The position numbers and the translations under genes are program-made. From Candidatus Spongiisociaceae bacterium (GTDB lineage: Bacteria; Actinomycetota; Acidimicrobiia; Spongiisociales; Spongiisociaceae): DNA of 64,000 nt. Location of the stretch: NCBI GenBank assembly GCA_965219685.1, contig CBDCOH010000002.1, forward strand, positions 544,001 through 608,000. The letters run 5' to 3'. Each line of letters begins with the position of its first letter. Position 1 is the stretch's first letter. Shown here in pieces: positions 54,249-64,000 of this stretch. Below the pieces are notes generated by a model. The model did no database searches. It was not told the origin of the DNA and saw nothing but the letters and a program-made list of their open reading frames with translations.

Positions 54249-55389
54249 ATGGATCGACCTGACCCCCGCTCGCAAATCGATGACCTGCGCGCCCGCCTGT
54301 CGGATGCCAGGAGGTTCCTTTGATGTCGACTCCAAGCACCTGGAACTCGAGGAGCTGAGGGCCAAGGTCGCACGTCCCGACCTTTGGGACGATCCTGATC
54401 GAGCTACCCGGTTGACGCGTCGGCTCGGACATCTCGAGCGCCTGGTGGGCCGGGTGGAGACCATGCAAGGGGAACTGGAAGACGCCGACATACTGGTGGA
54501 ACTCGCCTTGGACGATGGAGACGTCGACACGTTGGGGGAGGTGACCGACGACTTGGTGGCGACGGCGAGGAGGATCTCCGATCTGGAGTTGGAGTCGCTG
54601 TATTTCGGCGGGTACGACGACCATCCGGCCATTCTGAGCGTGCACGCGGGAGCCGGCGGGGTGGATGCCCAGGACTGGGCAGAGATGATGCTCCGGATGT
54701 ACACCCGCTACCTCGCAGGCGCCGGCTTCGACCACGAGATCGACGATGTGCAGCAAGGGGAGGAGGCCGGCATCAAGTCGGCCACGCTCACGGTCGAGGG
54801 GACACACGCCTATGCCACCCTCGAGGGGGAACGGGGCGTGCACCGGCTGGTGCGTATCTCGCCATTCGACTCCAACTCCCGGCGCCACACCTCGTTCGCG
54901 GGAGTCGACGTGATCCCTCTCGTCGAGGATGCCCGGATAGAGATCGATCCGGAGGACTTGCGGATCGACACCTACCGGTCCCAGGGGGCCGGCGGCCAGC
55001 ATGTCAACACGACCGACTCGGCCGTCCGCCTCACGCACCTGCCCACCGGGATAGTGGTCGCCTGCCAGGCGGAACGGTCGCAGATCCAGAACAGGGCCAG
55101 GGCCATGGCCCTGCTGAGGGCCAAGCTGGCGGAACAGGCTCGCATCGAGCGTAGGCGCGAACTGGACGCGATACGGGGTGAGCAGACCGAAGCCGGTTGG
55201 GGGCGCCAGATCCGCTCCTACGTCCTCCAGCCCTACCAGCAGGTCAAGGACCTGAGGACAGGGCTGGAGATAGGCAACGTCCATGGCGTTCTGGACGGCG
55301 ATCTGGGCCGGTTCACCGAGTCATACCTGCACTGGCGTCGAGCCGGCCGGGAGCGGAAGGAGCGTCCAGCGGGGAAAGGCTCCGACTAG
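54249..55389 (+). CDS. prfB: Peptide chain release factor 2 with programmed +1 frameshift
   Basis: ATG 54249; AGGAGG-TTC-CTT-TGA-T at 54309-54324; SPF and GGQ motifs in the +1 frame. Confidence 0.96.
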
Positions 55390-55451
55390 CGCCCATGCGT
55401 TGGTAGTCTTCGCGCACCGCATTCCTCGCCAATTCGTGTATCGGAGCGTTC

Positions 55452-56153
55452 ATGATCCGGCTCCAAAAAGTTGCAAAGGTCTACGACGGTGGAATCGTCG
55501 CGCTTCGTGACGTGGAGATGGACGTGAGGCGCGGCGAATTCGTTTTTCTGGTGGGTCCTTCCGGATCGGGGAAGTCGACTCTGATCCGGATGTGCCTCCG
55601 CGAGGAGAAGGTGACGCGGGGCAAGATATGGATAGCGGGCAAGGACATAACCAAGATGCCCGCGTGGAAGGTGCCGTACCTCCGTCGTGGTGTCGGGACC
55701 GTGTTCCAGGACTTCAAGTTGCTACCCACCAAGACGGTGGCGGAGAACGTGGCCTTCGCGCTCAAGGTGACCGGCTGCCCGCGTTCCATCGTTCGGCACC
55801 AGGTACCCCAGGTGCTGGAGTTGGTCGGCCTGTCCGCCAAAGCCGACCGCTACCCGCGCCAGCTGTCGGGTGGTGAGCAGCAGAGGGTCTCGATTGCCAG
55901 GGCATTCGTCAACCGTCCGCCGATCCTGATGGCCGACGAGCCGACCGGTAACCTCGACCCTGCCACGTCGGTCGGGATCATGCGCCTTCTCGACAGGATC
56001 AACCGGACCGGCACGACTGTGATGATGGCGACTCACGACCACGCCATAGTCGACGCCATGCGCCGGCGGGTGGTGCAACTCGACCGCGGCCGGGTGGTGC
56101 GCGACCAGACCGCCTCGGGTTACGAACCGGTCAACGATCCGCTGGAGCCTTAG
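55452..56153 (+). CDS. ftsE: Cell division ABC ATPase FtsE
   Basis: GPSGSGKST, FQDFKLL, LSGGEQQR, ADEPTGNLD. Confidence 0.95.
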   Translation: MIRLQKVAKVYDGGIVALRDVEMDVRRGEFVFLVGPSGSGKSTLIRMCLREEKVTRGKIWIAGKDITKMPAWKVPYLRRGVGTVFQDFKLLPTKTVAENVAFALKVTGCPRSIVRHQVPQVLELVGLSAKADRYPRQLSGGEQQRVSIARAFVNRPPILMADEPTGNLDPATSVGIMRLLDRINRTGTTVMMATHDHAIVDAMRRRVVQLDRGRVVRDQTASGYEPVNDPLEP

Positions 56154-56284
56154 TGGCTCACCCTATGCCGCCACTCGATGTATCCGGTTCGGTCCTGGCT
56201 CCGTCCCGCGACGCACGCGAGCCGTCGAGGCGGACGGTCACACGCCATGCCGGCGACGGGCCGTGATATGAAGGACGTCGCAGC

Positions 56285-57157
56285 TTGAGCACCATCCTCT
56301 ACCTGCTTGGCGAGGCGTTCATAAACCTGCGCCGCAACGTGCTGGTCGCCACGGGAGCGGTTCTGGCGGTGTTCGTCTCGCTCGCCCTCGCCTTCGGGGC
56401 GCTGGTCTTCAACGAGTTGGTGCGGGTCAACACGTTGCAATGGCAGGCGGGTGACCACCTGATCATATTCCTCAAGGACGAGGGTGGCCCGGTGGCTCAC
56501 AACGACCTCCTCGAACAGATCCAGGGCTACGAGGAGGTGGAGCGTGCCTGGTACCTGGACAAGGCCGGCGCATACCAGGAGTTCCAGCAGATGTACAGCG
56601 ATCAACCGGCTCTCGCGGCCACCGTTTCGGCCGCCGACCTGCCGGCATCCATCAGGGTCGAACTCAAGGATGTATCGGCCTACCAGGAGGTTCAGTTCAG
56701 GCTGGTGGGACATCCCCTCCTGAGGAGGCTGTCGGTGTTCAGCGAGGGCATAGAGCGGCTCATGAGCCTCACTCAGGTGCTCAACTCGATCGGCATCGGC
56801 CTGGTGACGATCCTGGGGGCGGCTGCCGTGGTGCTGATCGCCAACACCATCCGGATGGCTATCTACGCCCGGAGGGAGGAGATAGCCATCATGAAGCTGG
56901 TGGGCGCGGGGAACTGGTTCATCCGGGTTCCGTTCATCCTGGAGGGGATCACGGTGGGGCTGCTGGGAGGGGCCCTCGCGGTGGCGGCCATCTACGGAAG
57001 CCACCAACTGCTGGCGAGGATTCCGACCGACATACTGATCCGCTTCCAGGTCGAGTCGGACTTCCTGTTCAGCCGCGGCGTCATGATCCTCTGTTTCGGG
57101 TCTATAGCGGGATTCGTCGGTAGCAGCCTGGGCCTGCGACGGTTCCTGAGGGTGTGA
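56285..57157 (+). CDS. ftsX: Cell division permease FtsX
   Basis: NLRRN, LPAS, IANTIRMAIYARREEIAIMKLVGA, PFILEG. Confidence 0.93.
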   Translation: MSTILYLLGEAFINLRRNVLVATGAVLAVFVSLALAFGALVFNELVRVNTLQWQAGDHLIIFLKDEGGPVAHNDLLEQIQGYEEVERAWYLDKAGAYQEFQQMYSDQPALAATVSAADLPASIRVELKDVSAYQEVQFRLVGHPLLRRLSVFSEGIERLMSLTQVLNSIGIGLVTILGAAAVVLIANTIRMAIYARREEIAIMKLVGAGNWFIRVPFILEGITVGLLGGALAVAAIYGSHQLLARIPTDILIRFQVESDFLFSRGVMILCFGSIAGFVGSSLGLRRFLRV

Positions 57158-57160
57158 CCG

Positions 57161-58360
57161 GTGCGCCGGCGGCTGCTGGTGGGATGCTCGGTCGCGCTAA
57201 TGCTCACGGCGTCGATCCTTCCCTCGGGGGTCGATGCCCAGCAGGAGGAGGGGAAGCTGGAGCGGGTGGAGCAGCGGATCCGGGACCTGCGTGGCCAACT
57301 CACGTCCGCCGAGTCGGAGCGCACCAGCTATGTGGTGGCGCTGGAGGAGGCGGAAGCCCGGATGATCGAGGTCAGGCGGGAGCTTTCCGACGCGGAGGTG
57401 GCTCTGATCGAGGCAGAGGGGGCGGTGCTGCTGGTCGAGGACGCGGTTGGAAGCCTCCTGCGCAGGATCCGCCTGCTGGACGCCGAGCTTGCTGCCAACC
57501 GGCTCGACCAGCGGCTCACCCGCGAACAGATACGCGAGCACGCGGTCGAGCTGTACATGAGTTCAACCTCGGGCATCGAGACGGTGCTCTTCGGTTCCGA
57601 GGACCTCAAGGCCAGCGTGATCACCCTTGAGTACAACCGGGGCCTCCTGCAGAACACCGAGGTGCTGCTGTCATCCCTCGAGATACTGGAACGCCAGGAG
57701 GTCACCCGCCAGGATCGTCTGAGGGACGAACAGGAACAGGAAGCCCTCCTCTTGCAGGAGTTCGAGGCTCAACTGGTCCAGGCCGAGGAGCACAAGGCGA
57801 CGGTCGAGGCCGCCCGGGAGGAGTTGGACCTTCAGATAGCCGGACTCGAGTCGCTCCTGGCCGAGATCGACCGAGAGATCGAAGAGTGGTCGGGCCACAT
57901 CGACGCGCTGGAAGCGGAGTCGAAGAGACTCGAATTGGAGATCCTCAGACGCCAGGTCAGGGAGGGAAGACGACCCGGGACCCTGGCCTGGCCGGTCGGC
58001 GGGCCGGTAACGTCGCCGTTCGGGTGGCGGATCCACCCCATATTCGGCGATAGAAGGCTGCACACCGGAATCGACCTGGGGTCGGCTGCCGGCGCGTCCA
58101 TCCATGCCGCGGGAAACGGGACGGTGATACTGGCCGGGAGCTGGGGGGGCTACGGTCGCACCGTAGTGATTGACCACGGCGGCGGCCTCTCCTCCCTGTA
58201 TGCGCACCAGTCCTCGATCGCCGTCTCGGAAGGCCAGAGGGTGCTGGCAGGTGACGTGATCGGTTACATCGGATGTACCGGATTCTGCACCGGGCCCCAC
58301 CTCCACTTCGAGGTCCGCGAAGTCGGGGCTCCGGTTGATCCCATGCTCTGGCTACCGTGA
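57161..58360 (+). CDS. Coiled-coil M23 peptidase (EnvC-like murein hydrolase/activator)
   Basis: Signal peptide, long coiled coil, HTGID, YAH, TGPHLHFEV. Confidence 0.9.
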   Translation: MRRRLLVGCSVALMLTASILPSGVDAQQEEGKLERVEQRIRDLRGQLTSAESERTSYVVALEEAEARMIEVRRELSDAEVALIEAEGAVLLVEDAVGSLLRRIRLLDAELAANRLDQRLTREQIREHAVELYMSSTSGIETVLFGSEDLKASVITLEYNRGLLQNTEVLLSSLEILERQEVTRQDRLRDEQEQEALLLQEFEAQLVQAEEHKATVEAAREELDLQIAGLESLLAEIDREIEEWSGHIDALEAESKRLELEILRRQVREGRRPGTLAWPVGGPVTSPFGWRIHPIFGDRRLHTGIDLGSAAGASIHAAGNGTVILAGSWGGYGRTVVIDHGGGLSSLYAHQSSIAVSEGQRVLAGDVIGYIGCTGFCTGPHLHFEVREVGAPVDPMLWLP

Positions 58361-58388
58361 TGAGGCCCTCCGTGGGGATTGACCGCAC

Positions 58389-58865
58389 GTGAGCCCGCCG
58401 AAGGGCCGCGCGCCCGCGATCGCCACGAACCGGCGAGCCCGGTTCGACTTCGTCTTCGAGGACGAGTACGAGGCGGGGATCGTGCTGACCGGATCGGAGG
58501 TCAAGAGCCTCCGGGCCGGCCAAGCGCAGTTGAAGGAGGCATACGGTCTGGTCAGGGATGGGGAAGTGTGGCTGTTGGGTATGCACATAGCTCCCTACAA
58601 GATGGCGCGTGACGGCGGCCACGAGCCGACCCGAGACCGGAAGCTGCTGCTCCACGCCGGCGAGATAGCCCGCATCACGCGGAGGGTCCAGGAACGCGGC
58701 CTAGCCCTAGTGCCCATCCGGATGTACTGGAAGAACGGGCGGGCCAAGGTTCTGCTGGGCGTCGGCCGCGGTGCTCGCCGATACGACAAGCGCCAGAAGA
58801 TCCGGACACGGGTCATGCGGCGGGAAGCGGAACAGGCGATGCGGAGGGATTACCGTTCACGCTGA
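58389..58865 (+). CDS. smpB: SsrA-binding protein
   Basis: NRRARFD, EAGIVLTGSEVKSLR, RKLLLH, YDKR. Confidence 0.97.
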   Translation: MSPPKGRAPAIATNRRARFDFVFEDEYEAGIVLTGSEVKSLRAGQAQLKEAYGLVRDGEVWLLGMHIAPYKMARDGGHEPTRDRKLLLHAGEIARITRRVQERGLALVPIRMYWKNGRAKVLLGVGRGARRYDKRQKIRTRVMRREAEQAMRRDYRSR

Positions 58866-58918
58866 CCTTCCGCAGACTTCGCACGGATGACTCCGGCGGA
58901 CCCGATGTCATCCGTTTG

Positions 58919-58927
58919 CTGTAGAAT
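58919..58927 (+). promoter_or_regulatory. Likely -10 element (TAGAAT) of the ssrA promoter
   Basis: TAGAAT at 58922-27, about 18 nt before the mature tmRNA 5' end. Confidence 0.45.
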
Positions 58928-58945
58928 GGTGAACAAACCCATTAG

Positions 58946-59298
58946 GGGGGTGAACTGGATTCGACGTCGATAGCCAAGGTGTCGGAAGCGAGCCGAGGCC
59001 ACCGGAGTCCTCGTTAAACAGCCGGTAACAACCATAAGTGCCAGACCAAACCTTGCACTGGCTGCCTAGATAGACAGCCCGTCCGCCTAGGGGGTTCCTG
59101 CCCCCCCAGTCCGGGCGTCGTTCAGCAGGATGGACTCTCCGGGATTCCCGGACCGGAGACTCGAGACTAATTCGGGATCAGGGCGGCCGGTCGCTCGCCG
59201 ATGGAGTCCGGCCTCCCGAAAGCTCGCCGTCGGCTGCGCTCGGAGATGCCGATGCTGAGGTATCGACGGACCGGGGTTCGATTCCCCGCACCTCCACC
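58946..59298 (+). ncRNA. ssrA: tmRNA; tag peptide (A)ARPNLALAA
   Basis: 5' GGGGGTGAACTGGATTCGAC; 3' CCGGGGTTCGATTCCCCGCACCTCCACC; tag reading frame 59040-59069; downstream of smpB. Confidence 0.96.
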
Positions 59299-59377
59299 CA
59301 TGAGCGGGTTCAAGAGCCGTTCTTGCCGTCGCCTGTCCAACGTGTGGCACCTCCCACAGTGAGGTAGCGCCACCGAA

Positions 59378-59484
59378 ACCTGACCACCCCTCACCAAGTG
59401 CAACTCGCAGCCAAGTGAGGGGGCTGTGACTCGTGCTGAGAAGTTGATTAGACCGCTCGGCCGCTTGGTGAGGGGTTGTCAGGT
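59378..59484. repeat. 23-bp inverted repeat (21/23 match) with 61-bp spacer
   Basis: ACCTGACCACCCCTCACCAAGTG / CGCTTGGTGAGGGGTTGTCAGGT. Confidence 0.8.
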
Positions 59485-59721
59485 ACCGCAGTTTCGAGCT
59501 TGTTCACAAGAAAGTGCAGTGCGGTGACGGTATCCACCTGCCTCCATATTGTCAAGCTATCTTCATCCCGCGGTGACCCCTACCTGCAGGTCTATTCATT
59601 GCATGCGCGGCATCGGCTGCGACCGTCGTGTCCCCGGAGGGAGCGGGCCGCAGCCCGGATCGATCCTCTAGGCACCAAGGCGGGGGCGGCCTTCCGCCGG
59701 TTGGCGGATCAGAGGACGGGG

Positions 59722-61176
59722 CTATGCACGTGGTCCATTCGGGGCGCCCTCAGTCGAGGCGGGTGTTTGATCGCTTGGGGGAAGGTGGATGGTTACGGTT
59801 GCGCCCTGGCCAGGTCCGTCGCTCGCTGCGGTCACGGTTCCCCCATGAGTTTCCACGGTGGCTCGGGTGATTGCCAAGCCCAGACCCGTGCCTCCTCGTC
59901 CGTAGTTGCGGGACCGCTCGGTGCGGTAGAAGCGGTCGAACACGTGTGGAAGGTCGGCGGCAGGGATGCCGATTCCGTCATCGGTGACCGATATGGCCAG
60001 CGTTTCGTCGCTGTCCGGCGAGGCCAGAATCGTGATGTGCCCTCCGGGCTCGGTGCAACGGATGGCGTTGCTGATCACGTTCCCCAGGGCTTGGCTCATC
60101 CGCATCCTGTCGATTTGCACGTCCGGCAGGTCGGGTGGTATCTGCAGGGACAGGTCGACCTGCCGGGCGAGGCAAAGCGGCTGCCATCGGTCCGCCTCCG
60201 TGGTTAGCAGGTCCTCGACCTGGGTTGGTTCTAGCGTGAGCCTAAGCTCACCGTGGTCGGTCTCGGCAAGCCAGTCCAGGTCGGTCACGAGACCCCGCAG
60301 CCGGTCCACCTCCTGGATGATGTGGTCGGAGGCTTTCTCAGCGGTCTGGAGACCGTCGCGCAGTCCTCTCGCCTCCAGTTGTATCACGCTCAGCGGCGTG
60401 TTCAACTCGTGGGAGAGGTCGTTTATCAGCCGTCGGCGCAGTTCGCGCTGGTTTTGGAGGGTGGACGTCATCCGGTTGAACGCCTTGCTCATCCGTCCCA
60501 GCTCATCGGCGGACGTAACCGGCAACCGGGCTGTGTCCCCCCGGGCGATCGCTTGTGTTGCCTCCGTCAGGGCCGTCACCGGCCGGGTGATCCGTTTGGA
60601 CAACCAGGCGGCCAGCAGCATGGCGACACCGGCAGTCAGCACTCCGCCTACCGCGGTGATGGACAGGAGTGTGTCGAGAAACCCGTGCGACTCGGTGGAC
60701 AGGAATTCCTGGTTCACATCCACGTAGATGTGGCCTACGGGCCGGTTCGCGGTCGCATCGAACACCGTCTCCCGGTGCCCTTGCAGACCGTTCGCGACCG
60801 TTCCTGACGGTAGCTCGGAGAGGTTGTCCTTCACCACTCGTCCGTCGATGTCGACGACGACGACTCGGACCTGGTCTTGGTGAAACGACTCGGCGTGCTC
60901 GGCTTCGATTCTCTCCGACCGCTCCCCCGGCGGAGTTCGCTCGTACAGGTACCCGGCCTCCGACAGTGCCGAATCCACCCTTCCCCAACCACCTGCAGCC
61001 GTGTACTCGCTGCTCACCAACCGGGCCATCCGGACCGCCTCTTCGCCACCTATCCGGTCCACGAACACACCCAGGCGGGACTGCGTGGCGTAGTAGCCCA
61101 CGCCAACGCCGGCCAGAACGGTCAGGACCACCACCAGCACGATCGAAGCCATGATCCGCCGGTGGAGTGACATCAC
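59722..61176 (-). CDS. HAMP sensor histidine kinase (BaeS-like)
   Basis: 2 TM helices, HAMP DELGRMS, SHELNTPL, NVISNA, DDGIGI, GTGLGL. Confidence 0.95.
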   Translation of the reverse strand: MMSLHRRIMASIVLVVVLTVLAGVGVGYYATQSRLGVFVDRIGGEEAVRMARLVSSEYTAAGGWGRVDSALSEAGYLYERTPPGERSERIEAEHAESFHQDQVRVVVVDIDGRVVKDNLSELPSGTVANGLQGHRETVFDATANRPVGHIYVDVNQEFLSTESHGFLDTLLSITAVGGVLTAGVAMLLAAWLSKRITRPVTALTEATQAIARGDTARLPVTSADELGRMSKAFNRMTSTLQNQRELRRRLINDLSHELNTPLSVIQLEARGLRDGLQTAEKASDHIIQEVDRLRGLVTDLDWLAETDHGELRLTLEPTQVEDLLTTEADRWQPLCLARQVDLSLQIPPDLPDVQIDRMRMSQALGNVISNAIRCTEPGGHITILASPDSDETLAISVTDDGIGIPAADLPHVFDRFYRTERSRNYGRGGTGLGLAITRATVETHGGTVTAASDGPGQGATVTIHLPPSDQTPASTEGAPNGPRA

Positions 61177-61850
61177 TCGTCCTCGACTACGAACTTGTAG
61201 CCGGCGCCGTAGACCGTCCGGATGGGCTGGCCTGCGGCCCGGCCGATCTTCTTGCGCAGCCGGGCGATCTGGCTGTCTATCGCGCGATCGTAGCCATCGA
61301 AGTCATAGCCGAACGTCAGCGAGATCAGCTGGTACCGGGTGAGGACCTGGTTGGGATGGTGCATGAACGTGGACAACAGAGCCAGCTGCGCCTGGGTCAG
61401 TTCCACGGGCGTTTCATCGACCGTCACGCTCCGGGTGGTCTCATTCAGAGTGATACTCCCCCGAGTCACGACCTGCTGGACTCTGTCCCTGACGCGGCGG
61501 AGCACCGCTCTGGCGCGCGCCACGACTTCGTCAGGATCGAAGGGCTTGATGATGTAATCGTCGGCTCCGCTATCCAGTCCGATGATCCGCTCGGCGGGGG
61601 TTTCCCTGGCTGTCAGCATGATTATCGGAATGGCGGACTCGCGACGCAGGATCCTGCACACCTCCACCCCATCCAGACGGGGCAGGGTGAGATCGAGGAT
61701 CACCAGGTCCGGTATGAGACGACGGGCCAGCGTCAGGCCGGTCTCGCCATCGAGAGCGACCTCAGCGGAGAATCCGGCCCGCTCCAGATACACCTTGACC
61801 CAATTCGCGATCCTCTCGTTGTCCTCGACGATCAATACCATGCCGCTCAT
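61173..61850 (-). CDS. OmpR-family response regulator
   Basis: LIVEDN, DLTLP, LTAR, GADDYIIKPF, RTVYGAGYK. Confidence 0.95.
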   Translation of the reverse strand: MSGMVLIVEDNERIANWVKVYLERAGFSAEVALDGETGLTLARRLIPDLVILDLTLPRLDGVEVCRILRRESAIPIIMLTARETPAERIIGLDSGADDYIIKPFDPDEVVARARAVLRRVRDRVQQVVTRGSITLNETTRSVTVDETPVELTQAQLALLSTFMHHPNQVLTRYQLISLTFGYDFDGYDRAIDSQIARLRKKIGRAAGQPIRTVYGAGYKFVVEDE

Positions 61851-61965
61851 CGCCACCCTCACAGGGCCGTCCGGGGGGCGATCCACGTGCGGGCACCGGA
61901 CGAACCCCCCGGACAGCTTAAGCCCCGGGCTTCCATGTCTTCTCTCAGGTCGATTCCGTTTGGCC

Positions 61966-63384
61966 TTATCCTGATCCTCCCTCGCCGCCACTGCCGTGTT
62001 CACCGCCCGACTCACCTTCGCCGGCGTGCTCCCCGCCGGATTCGCCTCCGCCGACCTCGGCGTGGGGGATCCATCCGGTGAACGGTTCCGGTGTCGCTGC
62101 CAGGTCGACCGCCAGCACCTCACCCGGCGCCATGTCAACCGGGGTGGTAGGACCGAGCTCCGTCCCGTTCGAGAGGTGCACCTCGATCCTGACGCGGGTC
62201 AGGACGCTGCCGGTGGTGTTCTCCACCGTGCCCCGGAAGGAATTGCTCGCAGCGTCGTAGCCGAGGATCAGCCGGGCCCCGGCGCGAACCTGGTCGAAGG
62301 TCTCATCCAGGCCCAGGTTGGTGCCGCCGGCCTCCTCGCCACCAGACCTGGAGCCTTCGCTGCCGACGCCTTCGCCACCCGGATCGTGTCCCTCGCCGCC
62401 AGCGCCTTCGACACCGCTGCCCTCGGTGCCTTCTCCTCCCGTGTGAGGCACGGGGCCGGTGCCACCGCAGTCGAATACTTCCATGTGTATGACGTATCCG
62501 TCGTAGGAAACTCCCGTCATGGCCGGCTCACCGGTGACCACGAGGCTGGACGTTGCTTCCTCTCCGGGGCTGAGATGGCCCATCATGTCGGGACCGAGTT
62601 CCCCCACCGTGGTACTGCCTGACTTCATGTGAGGTTCGGCCTGCACGTAGCATAGGACCTGCGACAGCGTGTTCCGGACCGTTGTGTGGATGGTCTGGGT
62701 CGCGGCGTCGTAGCGGGCCGAGACAGCCAGCCCACCGAGGACGCCGTCCCACGCCTGCCCGAGAGGAGTGACCGGGCTGGACATGGCGGCCTCACCGATC
62801 TCGTCACCACCCTCAGGGCCCTCGCTGCCACTCTCGCCGCTTCCTTCGGCGCCGGATTCGCCGCCTACGGACTCGCTGCCTTCGCCGCCGCCGGCTTCAC
62901 CGCCGCCGACCTCGGCGTGCGGTATCCATCCGGTGAACGGTTCCGGTGTCGCTGCCAGGTCGACTGCCAGCACCTCACCCGGCGCCATGTCAACCGGGGT
63001 GGTAGGACCGAGCTCCGTCCCGTTCGAGAGGTGCACCTCGATCCTGACGCGGGTCAGGACGCTGCCGGTGGTGTTCTCCACCGTGCCCCGGAAGGAATTG
63101 CTCGCAGCGTCGTAGCCGAGGATCAGCCGGGCCCCGGCGCGAACCTGGTCGAAGGTCTCATCCAGGCCCAGGTTGGCGCCGCCGGCCTCCTCGCCGCCGG
63201 CCCCGGAGCTTTCTCCGCCGCCCTCGCCCAATTCGCCGGCGGCGCCATGTTCGCCACCGCCGGATTCCAGACCATCCGAGACCTCGGTGCCGGGCCCGCA
63301 GGCCATCAGCACTCCCGCGGCGAGCACAGTCGCCGCTACGGCCCCAATCATGGAGGTCTTGGATATCAGCAGTTTCTGCCTCAT
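61966..63384 (-). CDS. Gly/Glu-rich lipoprotein with a duplicated beta-rich (FxLYD/Ig-like?) domain
   Basis: ATG 63384, lipobox VLMA-C, two copies of ETFDQVRAGARL...WIPHAEVG. Confidence 0.8.
   Translation of the reverse strand: MRQKLLISKTSMIGAVAATVLAAGVLMACGPGTEVSDGLESGGGEHGAAGELGEGGGESSGAGGEEAGGANLGLDETFDQVRAGARLILGYDAASNSFRGTVENTTGSVLTRVRIEVHLSNGTELGPTTPVDMAPGEVLAVDLAATPEPFTGWIPHAEVGGGEAGGGEGSESVGGESGAEGSGESGSEGPEGGDEIGEAAMSSPVTPLGQAWDGVLGGLAVSARYDAATQTIHTTVRNTLSQVLCYVQAEPHMKSGSTTVGELGPDMMGHLSPGEEATSSLVVTGEPAMTGVSYDGYVIHMEVFDCGGTGPVPHTGGEGTEGSGVEGAGGEGHDPGGEGVGSEGSRSGGEEAGGTNLGLDETFDQVRAGARLILGYDAASNSFRGTVENTTGSVLTRVRIEVHLSNGTELGPTTPVDMAPGEVLAVDLAATPEPFTGWIPHAEVGGGESGGEHAGEGESGGEHGSGGEGGSG
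62048..63195. repeat. 293-bp intragenic direct repeat (62048-62340 and 62903-63195), 4 mismatches by eye
   Basis: Direct comparison; offset 855 bp. Confidence 0.92.
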
Positions 63385-63636
63385 CCTTTCACTCCCTTCG
63401 TGTGAGATTGATGTGACACCCTGAAGTTTGGAAAAGAAACATGGCCGAAATATGTCAGCGGCACGGACCTCGATCTGGGTGGGCTCCACTAGTAGGGTTG
63501 GCCCCGCCCCCACGTCCGTCCCCGTAGCGCCGGGGCGGCGGACGGTCTTGTTCGATTGCCCGCACCCGCCCCTGCCGAACGACCGGGCTGGACTCTTAGT
63601 CGTTGCGCGCCTTGTGATGAAGGGAAGGAGGCCACC

Positions 63637-64000
63637 ATCCCGGTCGATTTCAAGCTGGCCCGGCTCCGGCAGGATTACGAGACCGAGGGTCTGTCCCTGG
63701 CGAGCCTCGATCCGGATCCGATCAGCCAGTTCAGCCGGTGGATGGACGAGGCGGTAGAGGCTGGCGTGTCGCAGGCCAACGCGATGACGCTGGCCACCGC
63801 CGACGGCCGGGGAAGGCCTTCGGCGAGGGCGGTGTTGCTGAAGGGGTACGACTCTTCCGGTTTCGTCTTCTACACCAACCTGGAGAGTCGCAAGTCACGG
63901 GAGATCGACGCCAACCCGCAGGCGGCCCTTTGCATCGTGTGGGTCGACCTCCATCGACAGGTGCGGATCGAAGGGTCCGTGGAACGGGTTGGCGAGCGGA
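63637..64000 (+). CDS. pdxH: Pyridoxamine 5'-phosphate oxidase, partial
   Basis: LRQDY, DPISQFSRW, NAMTLAT, PSARAVLLKG, FVFYTNLESRK, RQVRIEG; start codon uncertain. Confidence 0.92.
   Translation, partial: MPVDFKLARLRQDYETEGLSLASLDPDPISQFSRWMDEAVEAGVSQANAMTLATADGRGRPSARAVLLKGYDSSGFVFYTNLESRKSREIDANPQAALCIVWVDLHRQVRIEGSVERVGER

Overview
This 64 kb window is high-GC actinobacterial chromosome, probably Acidimicrobiia. That is an inference from the F420 genes, the cofD-GT2-DUF5719 and comF-raiA-secA-prfB-ftsEX-smpB-ssrA synteny, and a frameshifting prfB. The backbone carries a PBP, methylmalonyl-CoA mutase, lpdA, acyl-CoA carboxylase, birA, LCP/ugd, cofED, manB, secA, prfB, ftsEX, smpB, tmRNA and pdxH. 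Three accessory blocks interrupt it. (1) A ~6.6 kb surface-polysaccharide islet bounded by two decayed toxin-antitoxin remnants. (2) A ~15 kb chromosomal cluster (17209-32385) encoding an apparently complete coenzyme M-dependent epoxide carboxylation pathway (XecA, R- and S-HPC dehydrogenases, 2-KPCC with a 1-nt frameshift), bacterial CoM biosynthesis genes, a CoA transferase and an ADP-forming acyl-CoA ligase. No alkene monooxygenase is present in the window. (3) A post-tmRNA two-component system with a lipoprotein carrying a duplicated domain. The window also holds a family of polar heptamer tandem arrays. Most start at gene stop codons, they occur as inward-facing G-rich/C-rich pairs, one pair brackets a single gene and one array is interrupted by an IS3 element. 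Homology calls are from motif recognition and memory, not database searches.
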